Below are positions 1 to 12,433 of a DNA stretch of 64,000 nucleotides, in pieces. The notes below the pieces were generated by a model that was given only the letters and a program-made list of their open reading frames with translations, had not been told where the DNA came from and did not search any database. Origin of the DNA: Octopus sinensis (taxonomy: Eukaryota); NCBI RefSeq assembly GCF_006345805.1, contig NC_043000.1, positions 120,590,001 to 120,654,000 on the forward strand. Reading direction: 5' to 3'. Position 1 is the stretch's first letter. Every line of letters starts with the position of its first letter. The position numbers were made by a program, and so were the translations under genes.

Positions 1-332
1 AATTGCTGCAGCTCGGCTGTGATGTGATACCCCACCCTCCATATTCACCAGATATTGCTCTCTCGGATTTCCACTTATTCAGGTCTCTGCAGAATAGTCT
101 TAATGGTAAAAATTTCAATTCTTTGGGTGACATAAAAAGCTACCTTGATGAATTCTTTGCCATGAAACCACCTGAATTCTGGGAAGAGGGTAATTTCAAG
201 TTAAAGGAAAGACGGAGACGCATTGTGCAACAAGATGGTTCATATTTGGTTGATGAGAAATGTAATGGCAAGTATTTATTGACCTTTTTCTTTCCTTTAA
301 AAATCGGCATGAACTTTCCCGACAACCCAGTA
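1..332 (+). mobile_element. mariner (DD34D) transposon 3' end: C-terminal transposase fragment plus right TIR
   Basis: ORF 3..350 contains HPPYSPDIALSDFHLFRSLQN (mariner YSPDLAPSD motif). Ends in gaactttcccgacaacccag followed by TA. 5' part lies outside the window. Confidence 0.9.
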
Positions 333-756
333 CTATGCTTTATGTACTGACTTCTAATCCCATCAAGGTCAGTTTTGCGCTTTATACATCCTCGGTCATT
401 AAAATATAAGTAAGAACTATCAATCAGCCCCATCGTCCGTATAAGTATGTAACATTTAGCCTTACGTAGAAATCAGTACCAAACATGTAATTAAACTGAT
501 GGATGACAAAATCATTAGAGTGCCGGCAAAATGTCTTGAATTATCCAATCACATCTCTATGAATTATGAGAGCAAATCCTGCAGGACTGAACTTTGCTTA
601 GATTTTTCACTGTCATATCGATTATATAATATAACTGTTAAACAGCGTTCAGCAGTTATGCTATATAATCGATATCTTCAACTATGTTCTAAAAGTTCGT
701 GGTCTTCTGCTACGATATAAATCATTACTTACTATATAGAAACATACATACATATA

Positions 757-804
<48 letters not shown>

Positions 805-805
805 A

Positions 806-850
<45 letters not shown>

Positions 851-917
851 CATACAACATACATACATACATACATACATATGTATATGCATGTATGTAT
901 ATAAATATATGCATATA

Positions 918-1149
918 CAGGGTTGGCCAAAGTCATCTGACAATATATCAAAACCCATTTGATTCTAAGATTAAAACAGAAACATTATTTTATATGAACT
1001 TCGCTAATAAATAGACAAATGTTGAAAAAAAAAAACGTTGATTTTAACTCACAGCATTCAGTTATTAAACATTCATAATTGGAATGAAGAAATAAGATTG
1101 AATATTTATGGAATTTTGATTTACTGTCGTGTAACGTTTGGCCAAACTT
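918..1149. mobile_element. Tc1/mariner-type MITE
   Basis: Imperfect TIRs cagggttggccaaagtcatctgaca ... tgtcgtgtaacgtttggccaaact, flanked by TA. Confidence 0.6.
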
Positions 1150-1203
1150 ATATCATATATATATATATACTTTACGTTATATATATATATATATATATAT
1201 ATA

Positions 1204-1633
1204 CAGTAATCCCTCGCCATATCATTGTTCATCTATCGCGAACTCCTCCTTATATCGCGGGTTTCCGTGGCCGATAGGTATTCATGTATTTATTAGATTT
1301 TAATTATTTCTGTGGTAAAATAAACATTTCCATGCTTAAGAAATTAATAAATTAATAAATAAAAATACAGTACAGTACTCCACTGTATAACACATTAATT
1401 AATTAATTAGAACATATAAAAGTAAAATACCGCACATACTGTATGGAAAACGAAACTCGGAAGTGAGTGTGTGGTGTTGTTTTGCATTTATAATTAAAAA
1501 TATATATATATATACAAAGTATAAAAATAATGATAAAAAATATATACAGTATAGTACTGTTTCTACTTCACGGATTTTCACCTACAGCAGAGGAATTTGG
1601 AACGTAACGCCCGCGATAGTGGAGCGATTACTG
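1204..1633. mobile_element. Tigger/pogo-like non-autonomous DNA transposon
   Basis: TIRs cagtaatccctcgccatatc ... ccgcgatagtggagcgattactg, preceded by TA; no ORF. Confidence 0.7.
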
Positions 1634-1658
1634 GATATATATAGACATATATATATAT

Positions 1659-1716
<58 letters not shown>

Positions 1717-1736
1717 TTATATATATATATATATAT

Positions 1737-2125
1737 AGTGGCTAGCCACATTCAGATGGCTAGTACACTTTACGTTGTCGAGCGGTACTGTTTACATCTC
1801 GTTCGGAGATTTATTAATGCTTTCAGACAGTTCTAAATCAGTGACTGTGGTTGCTGGGAAAAACATTAAATAGTTATTTGAAAAGGTCTCCTTCATCGAA
1901 AACCGGTGTTTACCATACGTTGACGAGAGGCAAAAACCTTGAAACTATAGTCCGTATGTATCACTTAGGTTTTCGAGGGAGGATGACCTCCCTTTGCAAG
2001 TATCATAAGGGCACAGAAATTGTGTCTAAGGCCAGCTGGAGACGTCGATCTCTTGGGGCTAAAAGCGTCAGTAACACCCACCCCCAGTGGCTAGCCATAT
2101 TCAGATGGCTAGTACACTTTACGTT
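1737..2125 (+). mobile_element. ORF-less, terminally redundant hammerhead-bearing retroelement (retrozyme-like / non-autonomous Penelope-like)
   Basis: 40-nt direct repeats at 1737-1776 and 2086-2125 (1 mismatch, period 349 nt), internal hammerhead motif, (TA)n on both sides. Confidence 0.7.
1914..1958 (+). ncRNA. minimal type I hammerhead ribozyme (C3>U core variant)
   Basis: CATACG-TTGACGA-GAGG caaaaa CCTT-GAAAC-tata-GTC-CGTATG: 6-bp stem I, 4-bp stem II, palindromic TATA loop III. Confidence 0.75.
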
Positions 2126-2149
2126 ATATATATATTGTTATATATATAT

Positions 2150-2304
2150 TGTTATATTTCGGAATGGTCATTTTGCCAGTTTAGCCAATAAAAACACACG
2201 CACTATATATTTGGTGTTATTTTGCTTCAGTGTTATTTATTTTGTACGTTAATCTTAATCTTATTTCGGCCAAACTGGCAAAATGACCATTCTGAAATAT
2301 TACA
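2150..2304. mobile_element. short foldback/TIR element (TGT...ACA ends)
   Basis: ~37-bp inverted repeats tgttatatttcggaatggtcattttgccagtttagcc / ggccaaactggcaaaatgaccattctgaaatattaca. Confidence 0.65.
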
Positions 2305-2430
2305 ATATCTGTTTCAACACACGACTTCACATAAAAAATCTTGCATATATGTATGTATATATGTATGTATATATGTATGTATGTATATATAATGTATGTA
2401 TGTATGTATGTATGTATGTATGTATGTATG

Positions 2431-2477
<47 letters not shown>

Positions 2478-2514
2478 TATATATATATAGGTATTAAGAC
2501 AAAGGTATTAAGTT

Positions 2515-2676
2515 ATTTATATCGGCCCCAGTACACAACTGGTACTTGATTTATCGAACCCGAATGGACGAAAGGCAAGGTCGACCTCGGCGGAATATGA
2601 ACTCACAACGTAACGACAGACGTAATACCGCTATGCATCTCGCCCGGCGTGCTAACTTTTCTGCCAGCTCGCCGCC
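2515..2676 (-). mobile_element. tRNA-derived Meta-domain SINE (family M), 3'-truncated
   Basis: Head ggcggcgagctggcagaaa and the gcctttc.tcc.ttcggg.tcgataaa..aagtaccag domain, shared with more than 12 copies in the window. Confidence 0.85.
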
Positions 2677-3639
2677 TTACAGACCTTCAGTATTGACAGC
2701 TTTGAGCGAATAAATTAGCTGAAATATATGCATTAAAATCTGCGTGTTTGCGTTCGTCGTATCTATGTGTGTGTATATATACGTACTGTTTGATGAATAG
2801 AGCGAACAGACCACTATTTAGACACAGACCGACTCACGCACACTCACATAGACACGTACGTATTATTTTCAGGTGTATTTGTATCGCGATACACCAGAGC
2901 CGATAATGATACGGAGAAACGATTTCTATTTATGGCACTAAAAGAGTTGTCCTTGCATTTGTTGTTAAATTTAACGTCGAACGATTGATTTCTATGATGG
3001 GAAGAATAAAAGAACAAAAAAATATTAATTTATTTCCATTGTACGAATTAGTGGGGGGAAGACAGATGACGGATTCATTCTGTAGCGTATAATGCCAACT
3101 ATATAAAAAAGAAAAAAATAGAACAACCAACAAAGGGCTAAAATAACAACAACAATGATGATGTTGATGATGATGATGAGGAGGAGGAGGGGAAGGATGC
3201 TGATGATGAAGATTAACAAAAATACAAAAAAGACCCTCGTTTGATGAGTAGAAATTCTGGAAACATAAAGATATTTCTTATGTAATGTTTACAAAGTGAA
3301 CGGAAATTGAAGTCTGAAAGACGACTAAATTTATCTATCCATGTTCATAACGAGGGAAGCTATTTATGAAATTTTATCTATCTGTCTGTCCGTTTGTCCG
3401 TCTGTCTCTCTCTCTGTCAGTCTGTCAGTCTGTCTCTTTGTTTGTCGACCTGTCTGCCTAACTGCCTGCATTTTCGTGTGTGTGCGTGTGTGTATGCTTA
3501 CCTTCACATTTATATATGGATTAACATTTGTTTGTACATACAGAAACATACATGCATACATATTTGAGCATTCATATATACATATACATACATACATACA
3601 ACACACACATATATGTATACAAATATATATATACATATA

Positions 3640-3693
<54 letters not shown>

Positions 3694-3771
3694 TATATAC
3701 ATCTATATCTTATATGTATGTTTATATGTGAGTGTATGTGTTTTTGTATTTATATATATATATACATACAC

Positions 3772-3815
<44 letters not shown>

Positions 3816-3819
<4 letters not shown>

Positions 3820-4052
3820 ATTATTGGTGAATTGAAGAAATGGAGCTGAACGCAGATTGAACAGAAATTCACCAATAATGTTTTAAATTCACCAATAATG
3901 TTTTAATTTCAATTATCCGCACCAACGCACGGTTGCAACGCCGGATGGTTGTACCTCCAACCGTGCTGTTCACTGCTGTGATTTTTGCTACTAAGGTATC
4001 GGTTAAACTTTTGATTAATCTACTACAAGATTATTCATCTTTCTATTTCACG

Positions 4053-4055
<3 letters not shown>
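3816..4055. repeat. short (TA)n-embedded element with an 18-bp inverted repeat and an internal hairpin
   Basis: aaacattattggtgaatt (3816-3833) vs aattcaccaataatgttt (3866-3883, repeated at 3886-3903); gcacggtt...aaccgtgc stem. Confidence 0.55.
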
Positions 4056-4104
<49 letters not shown>

Positions 4105-4105
4105 A

Positions 4106-4331
4106 TTTCAACAATTGAGGGTAAATTAATAATTATTAATCAATTTCACCAAGTATTCAGTATGTAAAGGGACATTATAGGCGAATTCAAAATATTACAT
4201 TATATATAAGGGCTTAGTAAAATAAATTACTTTGCCACATACTGAACTCATTAGAAATAGCAGCTAAAGAAATTTCTTCAGCTATTTCTAATGAGTTCAG
4301 TATGTGGCAAAGTAATTTATTTTACTAAGTC

Positions 4332-4342
<11 letters not shown>
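4106..4342. repeat. (TA)n-embedded element ending in a perfect 49-bp inverted repeat
   Basis: 4213-4261 is the exact reverse complement of 4281-4329, with a 19-nt spacer. Confidence 0.85.
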
Positions 4343-4369
<27 letters not shown>

Positions 4370-4431
4370 CATATATATATATATGTAACACGCACACACT
4401 CAAGCACACTCACTGAGAGCCACTTACGCAG

Positions 4432-4770
4432 CTTTTTTCGAACAACGAAAAATGAAACAAACAGAGAAACGAGACATGCAACATAAAGAATATTCCCCTT
4501 CATCAGTTGTCCCTGTTTCATCTACTTCGCGCTCCGAAGGTAAGGACAAGACGCGGCTTCGTTGAAACAATCCTTCCCACAAAGCAAATTAAATAAAATT
4601 TGAAATTTTTTGCGGAGGGCGAAAGGGGTAACAAGAACAGGGCAGCGAGAACAAAGTCGAGGAACAAAAGTTCCGTAAGTGTTGCGAACATCCTAGTCAC
4701 CGGTTTATATCAGCGTTCAGAGAAAACTAAGCAACCTAGACGTATGGGCGTACGTTCTCATGCATGTCAC
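4432..4770 (-). mobile_element. probable Penelope-like 3' UTR/pLTR fragment with a partial hammerhead motif
   Basis: Minus strand reads gtc-ttgtcc...ggacaa-CTGATGA-aggggaat. Stem I is present; the GAAA half is degenerate. Confidence 0.35.
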
Positions 4771-5355
4771 CTTGGGTAATAGTTACTATTAGATCATTCA
4801 CAGAGCGCTGCGATTTGTGCAAAATTGGTTGATAGAAAATATGTCACTGTAGATATATGATATCATTATGTACGAAGGTATCGCTAAGGTATCTCCCTTG
4901 CTCACAGTATATGGATACGGATGATGCGTCGTTTGCCAGTTGGAAAAGATGTTTTCCTGGGACTAAACAGTAGTAACATCGTCCTGAGCAGGACTGCCAC
5001 TTTAGGTTGGCAAATAGACATTGCTATCCAGTGCTGTTACCACATATTTCTCGCTCAGAGATATAAAACTAGTTGTTTTTCTTTATATATATATAGATCG
5101 ATATAAATGTAAGATCCAATGATCGATTATAGACAAAAAGTGAGTCCTCAGGCAATCCACGGAAAATATATATAAAAAAACCCCAACTTTCTGGAATAAT
5201 GGTGGTTTATTGGTGCGGAGGTTTGAGAACTATTCCCGTATCAAAGTACGATAAGCTGAAAAGAGAAATTGTTTTATATTTCACGGTTGGCAGCCAGGGT
5301 CGTCAGGTATGCAAACAGAAATCCGGGAGTTAAGGAATAGGGTAGATAAAATCAG

Positions 5356-5439
5356 GGCTACATATTTTTCATAGCGAGCGGAACCTCGGAAGCGGTAAAT
5401 ATCCGAGGGAAGTGTATACAGTACGCTACACTTCAGGCC
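5356..5439 (-). ncRNA. degenerate minimal hammerhead ribozyme
   Basis: Minus: ggc-CTGAAGT-gtagcg...cgctat-GAAAa-atat-GTA-gcc; 6-bp stem II base, two substitutions from consensus. Confidence 0.45.
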
Positions 5440-5518
5440 AATAGTATCTTGATTATATGAAATTTGCCTTGTCTTTAGGAGGACCATGTTAATACACAGA
5501 GGAGTCGATCAAAATATA

Positions 5519-6172
5519 TGTTTCTTTATTAGCCACACAGGACTGAACACAGACGAGACAAATTACAAAGCAGAGCTTTTCTTTTTGGGGAGACAAAATT
5601 AGTGGGCTAGGTTTTCGATCAAAAGGGATCGTAAAAAGGAAAGAAAAAAAAGAAAAGAAACGATCACTACGGAACGTGTATCACAGAAATGTCATGATGT
5701 AAAGTGTAAAGGGCAAGCAGATAGGGTTTATCTGGGAAAAGAAAAGCCTACGGAAAAGACCACGGTAACCTCGGTCAATAATGTCACATGTTAACACATT
5801 TATTTGCAAGTAAGTAACTCTCTGTTTTAAAATTTTCCGGGTTTATAGGATTATGCCCATGGTGGCTTTGTCATTCATACGTGCCATCCTTGTTACATTC
5901 ACCCATCTTGTTTTTTGAAACATTCGCTAGACAAAACTTGCCTCTCTACTCTCACTTTCTTTTTCAAGTGATACTTGAAAGACTTGATGAGAGATTGACA
6001 AGAGAGGAAAGTGTTTGTCTCTAATCCTTTCAGACGCGTCCACCAGATACATTCTTTCGCCATAGCCACAAGTATGATGAAAATAGCTCTTACTTCCCAT
6101 TTGAAGGAAGGAGACGTGACGATATTGACAATAGATCCGGCTGATTAACCGACTTGTCCCATACGTGACAGC

Positions 6173-6175
<3 letters not shown>
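5519..6175 (-). mobile_element. Tx1-like non-LTR retrotransposon 3' fragment
   Basis: Reverse complement is homologous to ~46370-47103 (ORF2 C-terminus, T-rich 3' UTR, aataaagaaa end). 5' junction runs into (GATA)n at 6176-6280. Confidence 0.85.
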
Positions 6176-6214
<39 letters not shown>

Positions 6215-6239
6215 TATAGATAGATAGATAGATAGATAG

Positions 6240-6273
<34 letters not shown>

Positions 6274-6714
6274 GCAGGTAGACAGATAGACGTATATTTG
6301 GCTGTATCTATATCTATGTATATGTAGGAAAGATATTTCAGAGGCACCAAAAATCTAATTAGAAACAATTATACGATGAGAAATATACAACACTAGTGAA
6401 ATACCTAATATTATGTTCATCATTTCGCTGAGAAAATGTTTAAAGTATAATTAGTCTTTGAGATAATATTGGCTTTTCGTCACCGGATATGTAGTTTTAA
6501 TTAGATTTTTGAAGTTCAATATATTACAAATGTTAACTTTAATCCAATGGTTCATACATACACACAGAGATGCATACATAAGTACATACATACATAGGTA
6601 CGTACATACATACATACATACATACATACATACATACATACATACATACATACATACTTACTTACTTACTGACAGCTAGACACATGTGTATAGGCATATT
6701 TGCATGTATATGTA

Positions 6715-6969
6715 TTCTTTTACTCTTTTACTTGTTTCAGTCATTTGACTGCGACCATGCTGGAGCACCGTCTTTAGTCGAGCAAATCGAACCCAGGACT
6801 TATTCTTTGTAAGCCTAGTAATTATTCTATCGGGCTCTTTTGCCGAACCGGTAAGTTACGGGGGTCGTAAACAAACCAGCATCGGTTGTCAAGCAATGTT
6901 GGTGGGGACAAACACAGACACACAAACATACATACACATATATATATATACATATATACATATATAAAC

Positions 6970-7011
<42 letters not shown>

Positions 7012-7176
7012 TACGACGGGCTTCTTTCAGTTTCCGTCTACCAAATCCACTCACAAGGCTTTGGTCGGCCCGAGGCTATAGTAAAACACACTTACCCAAG
7101 GGGTCACGCAGTGGGACTGAACCCGGAACCATGTGGTTCGCAATGGAGCTACTTACCACTCAGCCACTCCTGCACC
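6715..7176 (-). mobile_element. CORE-type tRNA SINE (family C), full length
   Basis: tRNA-like head, ccttggg.aagtgt CORE-like segment, internal (TA)/(TG) tract, (aaaagagt)n tail. Confidence 0.85.
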
Positions 7177-7618
7177 TATATGTGTACATATATTTCGTTT
7201 TGGGATTTAGTTTTAGATTCTTTTTGAGTTCGTGTGTTGAAGCATTTTCTGTTGTATCTGGAGAGAGTCATTCTCTTTTAGTGCCTTATAATTTAACACA
7301 CTCACCGGTAAAATTTCTACTCACTTCCTTATTTATTTTTCTAGAATTTTCGGTGCGTCTTATAAGCTTTTCAATAGTTGTTGACTTTGTCTGTTATTCA
7401 AGCTGCGTTCATTTTGTTTGTTTGTTTGTGATCATGTGTGTGGGTCAGTGTGTGTGCGCATACACATGTATGTATGTATGTATGTATGTATGTATGTATG
7501 TATGTATGTATGTATGTATGTATGTATGCATGTATGTCAGGTGTGTATGTATGTATGTGTGTGTGCGCAATGATTCTTTAGACACAACAGAATATATATA
7601 TATATATATATATATATT

Positions 7619-7653
<35 letters not shown>

Positions 7654-7711
7654 ACACACAAAACACACACACACACACACGTATATGTATATATGTATCT
7701 ATATTTTTTAT

Positions 7712-8100
7712 CCTTAACTTGTTTCAGTCATTAGTAAACAGCTATTCTGGGACACCGACTTGAAAAAATTTTATCGAACGATTCTACTCCAGTTTACGGG
7801 ATCCACCCACTTACAGGAACATACACACACCAACACCTGTTGTCAAGCGGTGATTGGAGACAAATGCAGAGAAAAAGACACACACGCAAACAAACACACA
7901 CACACACACACACACATACACACACACATGCTGACACATATACGATGGGCTTCTTTCAGTTTCCATCTACCAAGTCTACTCACAAGAATTTGGCCCGTCT
8001 GCAGTTATAGTAGAAAACGCTTGCACAAGGCACTAGGCAGAGGGACTAAACCCGAAACCATTCGGTTGGGAAGCAAGCTACTTAACACGCAAAGAATGCA
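7712..8100 (-). mobile_element. older degenerate family C SINE
   Basis: Colinear similarity to 6715-7176. Confidence 0.7.
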
Positions 8101-8287
8101 TTTTTGTCTCTCTCTCTTTCTCTCACACACATACCCAAACACACAAGCTTATAAGCACCCAGACACCTGCGTATTTGTGTGTGCGTACGTAGATTATTAT
8201 TTTCCAATACGCCAGTATGAAATAGGCAAGTGCTCATTTCACATGTATACGTACACATGCATTCATTATATATATATATATATATAG

Positions 8288-8328
<41 letters not shown>

Positions 8329-8369
8329 ATAATATATATATATATTATATATATATAATATAATATAAT

Positions 8370-8428
<59 letters not shown>

Positions 8429-8446
8429 TATATATATTTGTATTAT

Positions 8447-8478
<32 letters not shown>

Positions 8479-8546
8479 ATATATATATATATATATGAAT
8501 AAATGAAAGAATGGAGTCGAACGAAGATGTTAACAAAATTCCTTTA

Positions 8547-8628
8547 CTCTCGACACATGTTTCGAAGACAGCATATTTTCATTCCGAAGAAATAAAGGGT
8601 ACATTATGCAATCTTCTCATCAGGAAAG
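8547..8628 (-). ncRNA. minimal type I hammerhead ribozyme, intact core
   Basis: Minus: ctttc-CTGATGA-gaaga...(long insert)...tcttc-GAAAC-atgt-GTC-gagag. Lies in a ~220-bp element (8497-8717) between (TA)n tracts. Confidence 0.75.
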
Positions 8629-8736
8629 AAAATGAGCCTCTCTCAACAACAAGACAAACAAAAGTTTCGATGATTTCCATGCTGACGATAAACATAGCAT
8701 AATTCATTCACCTACTTATATATATATATATATATT

Positions 8737-9352
8737 AATAAATTTTAGGGTAGCAAAAAAATACTAGAAAAATTCTCCGCTACCAGCGGTCCAGTGAGAA
8801 AGAACAAAATAGTCAATAGACAACGTAATATACATTCAAACATATAAGAGATGGCCATAATAGGACATCTGACTCACTAGAAAGAGCAGTTGAACTCCAA
8901 ACCACTAATAGTTGTAATTCTGAAATGGAAAGAGAAATAAAAAAAAAAGTTTACCCTATCTTTTCTGGCCTATGCATAGTTTCGGCAATCTTTTGTATAT
9001 AAAATAACATTATTTACGATTAGCGTTGCCTCCTCAGCAGAAAACGAAGGCTAGCATATAGGCACGAGGCGATAAGGACCATGCCTCGAGTCTATATGCT
9101 ATAACTTTTCAAAATCCATCACACTCGCGCGGTTTTCTCAGCAGTAAATATAAACTGCCGATTTAATTTCAAAATTAGCCAAAAAATCTTTTTATCATTA
9201 ATAAATAAATTTTAGGGTAGCAAAAAAATTCTAGAAAAATTCTCCGCTACCGGCGGTCTAGCGAGAAAGAAAAAATAGACAATAGACTATGTAATATACA
9301 TTCAAACATATAAGAGATGACCATAATAGGACATCTGATTTTCTAGAAAGAG
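8737..9352 (-). mobile_element. ORF-less 1.3-mer hammerhead-bearing retroelement
   Basis: ~150-bp direct repeats 8737-8886 and 9204-9352 (period ~467 nt), internal hammerhead, strong hairpin at 9052-9101, flanked by (TA)n. Confidence 0.7.
8961..9044 (-). ncRNA. minimal hammerhead ribozyme with mutated cleavage triplet
   Basis: Minus: ttttctg-CTGAGGA-ggcaa...ttgcc-GAAAC-tatgcata-GGC-cagaaaa; 7-bp stem I, palindromic loop, GTC>GGC. Confidence 0.7.
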
Positions 9353-9469
9353 TATATATGTATATAATATATATATATATATATATATTTTCATTTAGAG
9401 ATAGTAGGCCCCTTCATCTCACCATATAAAAATGAATTTTTAGTTTAAATACCTACTACTTTATAACTT

Positions 9470-9564
9470 GGCTACACACGTTTCATGAGATACATTTCCC
9501 GGTTCCTAAACCACACCGTGTTTTGCTGGGACCATTCTTAAAATATAACCCCAGTCATCAGGCT
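9470..9564 (-). ncRNA. degenerate hammerhead motif in a (TA)n-adjacent element (~9388-9750)
   Basis: Minus: gc-CTGATGA-ctgg...cat-GAAAC-gtgt-GTA-gc; core intact but stems weak. Confidence 0.4.
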
Positions 9565-9777
9565 CCTATATCACTTTCTCATAGTTCAATACTATAAACT
9601 ATATTTTGATTTTTTTAAACCCATAAGTATGTGTAAAATAGGTTCGCCGGACCCTATAGTACAAACCATAATTTCATTCAAATAAAAAATTATAATAAAA
9701 AATAAAGAATAAAAATTACAAATATAAAAATTACAAAAATAAGATAAGAAATAAAAAATTAAAATGCGAAAAAAATA

Positions 9778-9860
9778 CGATTTGCTCGACTAAAGGCGGT
9801 GCTCCAGCATGGCTGCAGTCGAATGACTGAAACAAGTAAAAGAGTAAAAGAGTAAAAGAA
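9778..9860 (+). mobile_element. family C SINE 3' fragment
   Basis: cgatttgctcgactaaaggcggtgctccagcatgg...aaaagagtaaaagag. Confidence 0.8.
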
Positions 9861-10569
9861 TATATATATATATTATATATATATATTATATATACATATA
9901 TATATATATGTATATGGATATATATATTTATATATATATATTGTGTATGTAAGTATGTATACTTTGACATATAGTAATGTAAGTATGCGTGTATGTAAGT
10001 GCAAATATTAATGTACATACATATACATACATGATTTTCGCGAGTATATTAGCTGATGATAGTTGCCCTATCAGCAAGACATTTCTGTCTTCGCTGTCTT
10101 CGATGTTCCAGTTATTATTTCTATTATTTTTCATTTACTCTGAACACATTTGATAAGGCTACTTTCTTAGAAGACCTTATCACATTTAGTTCTTCGTACT
10201 ATTTACATTATCTTTTTTTTTCTTATATACATATATATATATATATATTGTTGATATTATTAATGGCCGTGTTGTTGTTGTTGGAGCAGTTGTTTGTTGT
10301 TGACGCTGTCGCTATTGTGTTATTGTGATGTCTAATGCAATCCTAATAAGCAATGCGTAAAACGTGACATGGAAGAAAGAGAAAAAACAAAAACCAAAAA
10401 ACAAAACAAAAAAAAGCAAAACAAAGAAGAAAACAGAAACTTTTTACAAATAAATCAGTACGCTTTTGAAGAATCGCTATTGATATTGATAGCCATGGGC
10501 ATACATGTAAGAATGTAACTTTCCACTTTATTTTCGCGCAAATGGCGCTTTTTTCACCTTCTTTGACAC

Positions 10570-10764
10570 ACACACACACATGTCTCCCCACTCTCTCTCT
10601 CTCTATATATATATATTTATATATATATGTATGTATGTATATGTGTGTGGCATGTGTCTGTATACAAATACACAGAGATATATCTATACGTATATACATT
10701 TGTATATATGCATTTATGCATAGCTACGTACATATATATGTATATATCTATACACACATATATA

Positions 10765-10823
<59 letters not shown>

Positions 10824-11064
10824 TTGTGTGTGTATTTGTGTGTGTGTTTGTGTGTTTGTTGTCACATTAATATATATATGTATACAAATATATGTGTATA
10901 CTTATACACTTACCAGACACATACAAACATATATATACATGTATATATATGCACACACATATATAATGTACATACAAACACACACACACACATACACACG
11001 CACACACACCACCACACACACACACACACCATATATATAATATATGTGTACGTATATATTTATG

Positions 11065-11113
<49 letters not shown>

Positions 11114-11589
11114 CATGTATATCCATATGTATGTGTTTGTGTGAGAGTGTATGTGTAGAATTAATATTTGCATAACATGTTTTGATGTGGCTTTGTATAC
11201 GTCTTTTTTGTATATTTTTTGTATATTTGACAAAGCGATGAGAAGTAACAGTAAAAACAACACAGCCAGCGTATTTCATATGTGTTGTTTTTTTTTCTTA
11301 CCTCTCCATCAATAAGCCAGTGCAGGGCCTGACGAAATAAGCTGAACAATTAGACGGAGTCAAGTGACCCTACCGTAGTTTGTCTTTCTATGTATATGTT
11401 TATACACACACGCGCGCAAGGGCAAGTAAGCTCGCACTTGCGCGTTAATGTATGTATATAAACATGCACATATACATTCCTATTATATACATACATACAT
11501 GAATAAATATATGTATATATGTATTTATCTACATGTCTATAACTACCAAAGTACCTCTCACTCTTTCTCTCTCTCTCTCTCGCTCCCAT

Positions 11590-11624
<35 letters not shown>

Positions 11625-12087
11625 GTACTTATATAGGCTTGATAATATTTTTTCGCCGAACATGTGAATAGTGAAAGTATGTGTGAGTGGGGTTGTACGC
11701 ATGTGTGCCCGTGTACATACACACTCGTGAATATATACATATTCATATATATATATATACATGTTTAAAAATATATATAAATTAATACATAAATATTGAT
11801 ATATATATATAGATATATAATATATATATATATATCATATATATATATATATATATATATAATATGTATATATATACATACACACATATACACATGCATA
11901 TAATCTTGTGACAATGCATGTATGGGTGTTCCCGTGCGCGACTGTGTGCAATCGTGTAAGTATGAGTATGTCAGTGAGTGTATATGTGTATATGCGCGTA
12001 TTTATATATATATAATATATATGAATATATTTATGTATAAATATATATACATACATATATACATACATACATACATACATACATACA

Positions 12088-12146
<59 letters not shown>

Positions 12147-12367
12147 TATACATGCATGTGTAGTCAGTAACTAGACAAATAAAATTCAACACCACAAAAC
12201 AATAACGTTGCGTTTTGATCTTAAGGCGAATTGCCATAATGGAAAAATAATGGGAAAAAAGGAATAATGTTAATAATATTTTTTACGATTCGTTAAGATA
12301 TATGTTTGTAAATTCTCCACACATTAGCAATAAGTGAATGGTTTACATTAGCTGAATATCTTTCACG

Positions 12368-12433
<66 letters not shown>

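Noticed and set aside
1983-2020. SECIS-like ATGA...AA...GA pattern downstream of the hammerhead
   Set aside because: Helix too short, and the alternative GGGAGG/CCTCCC hairpin is supported by covariation with 44230-44246.
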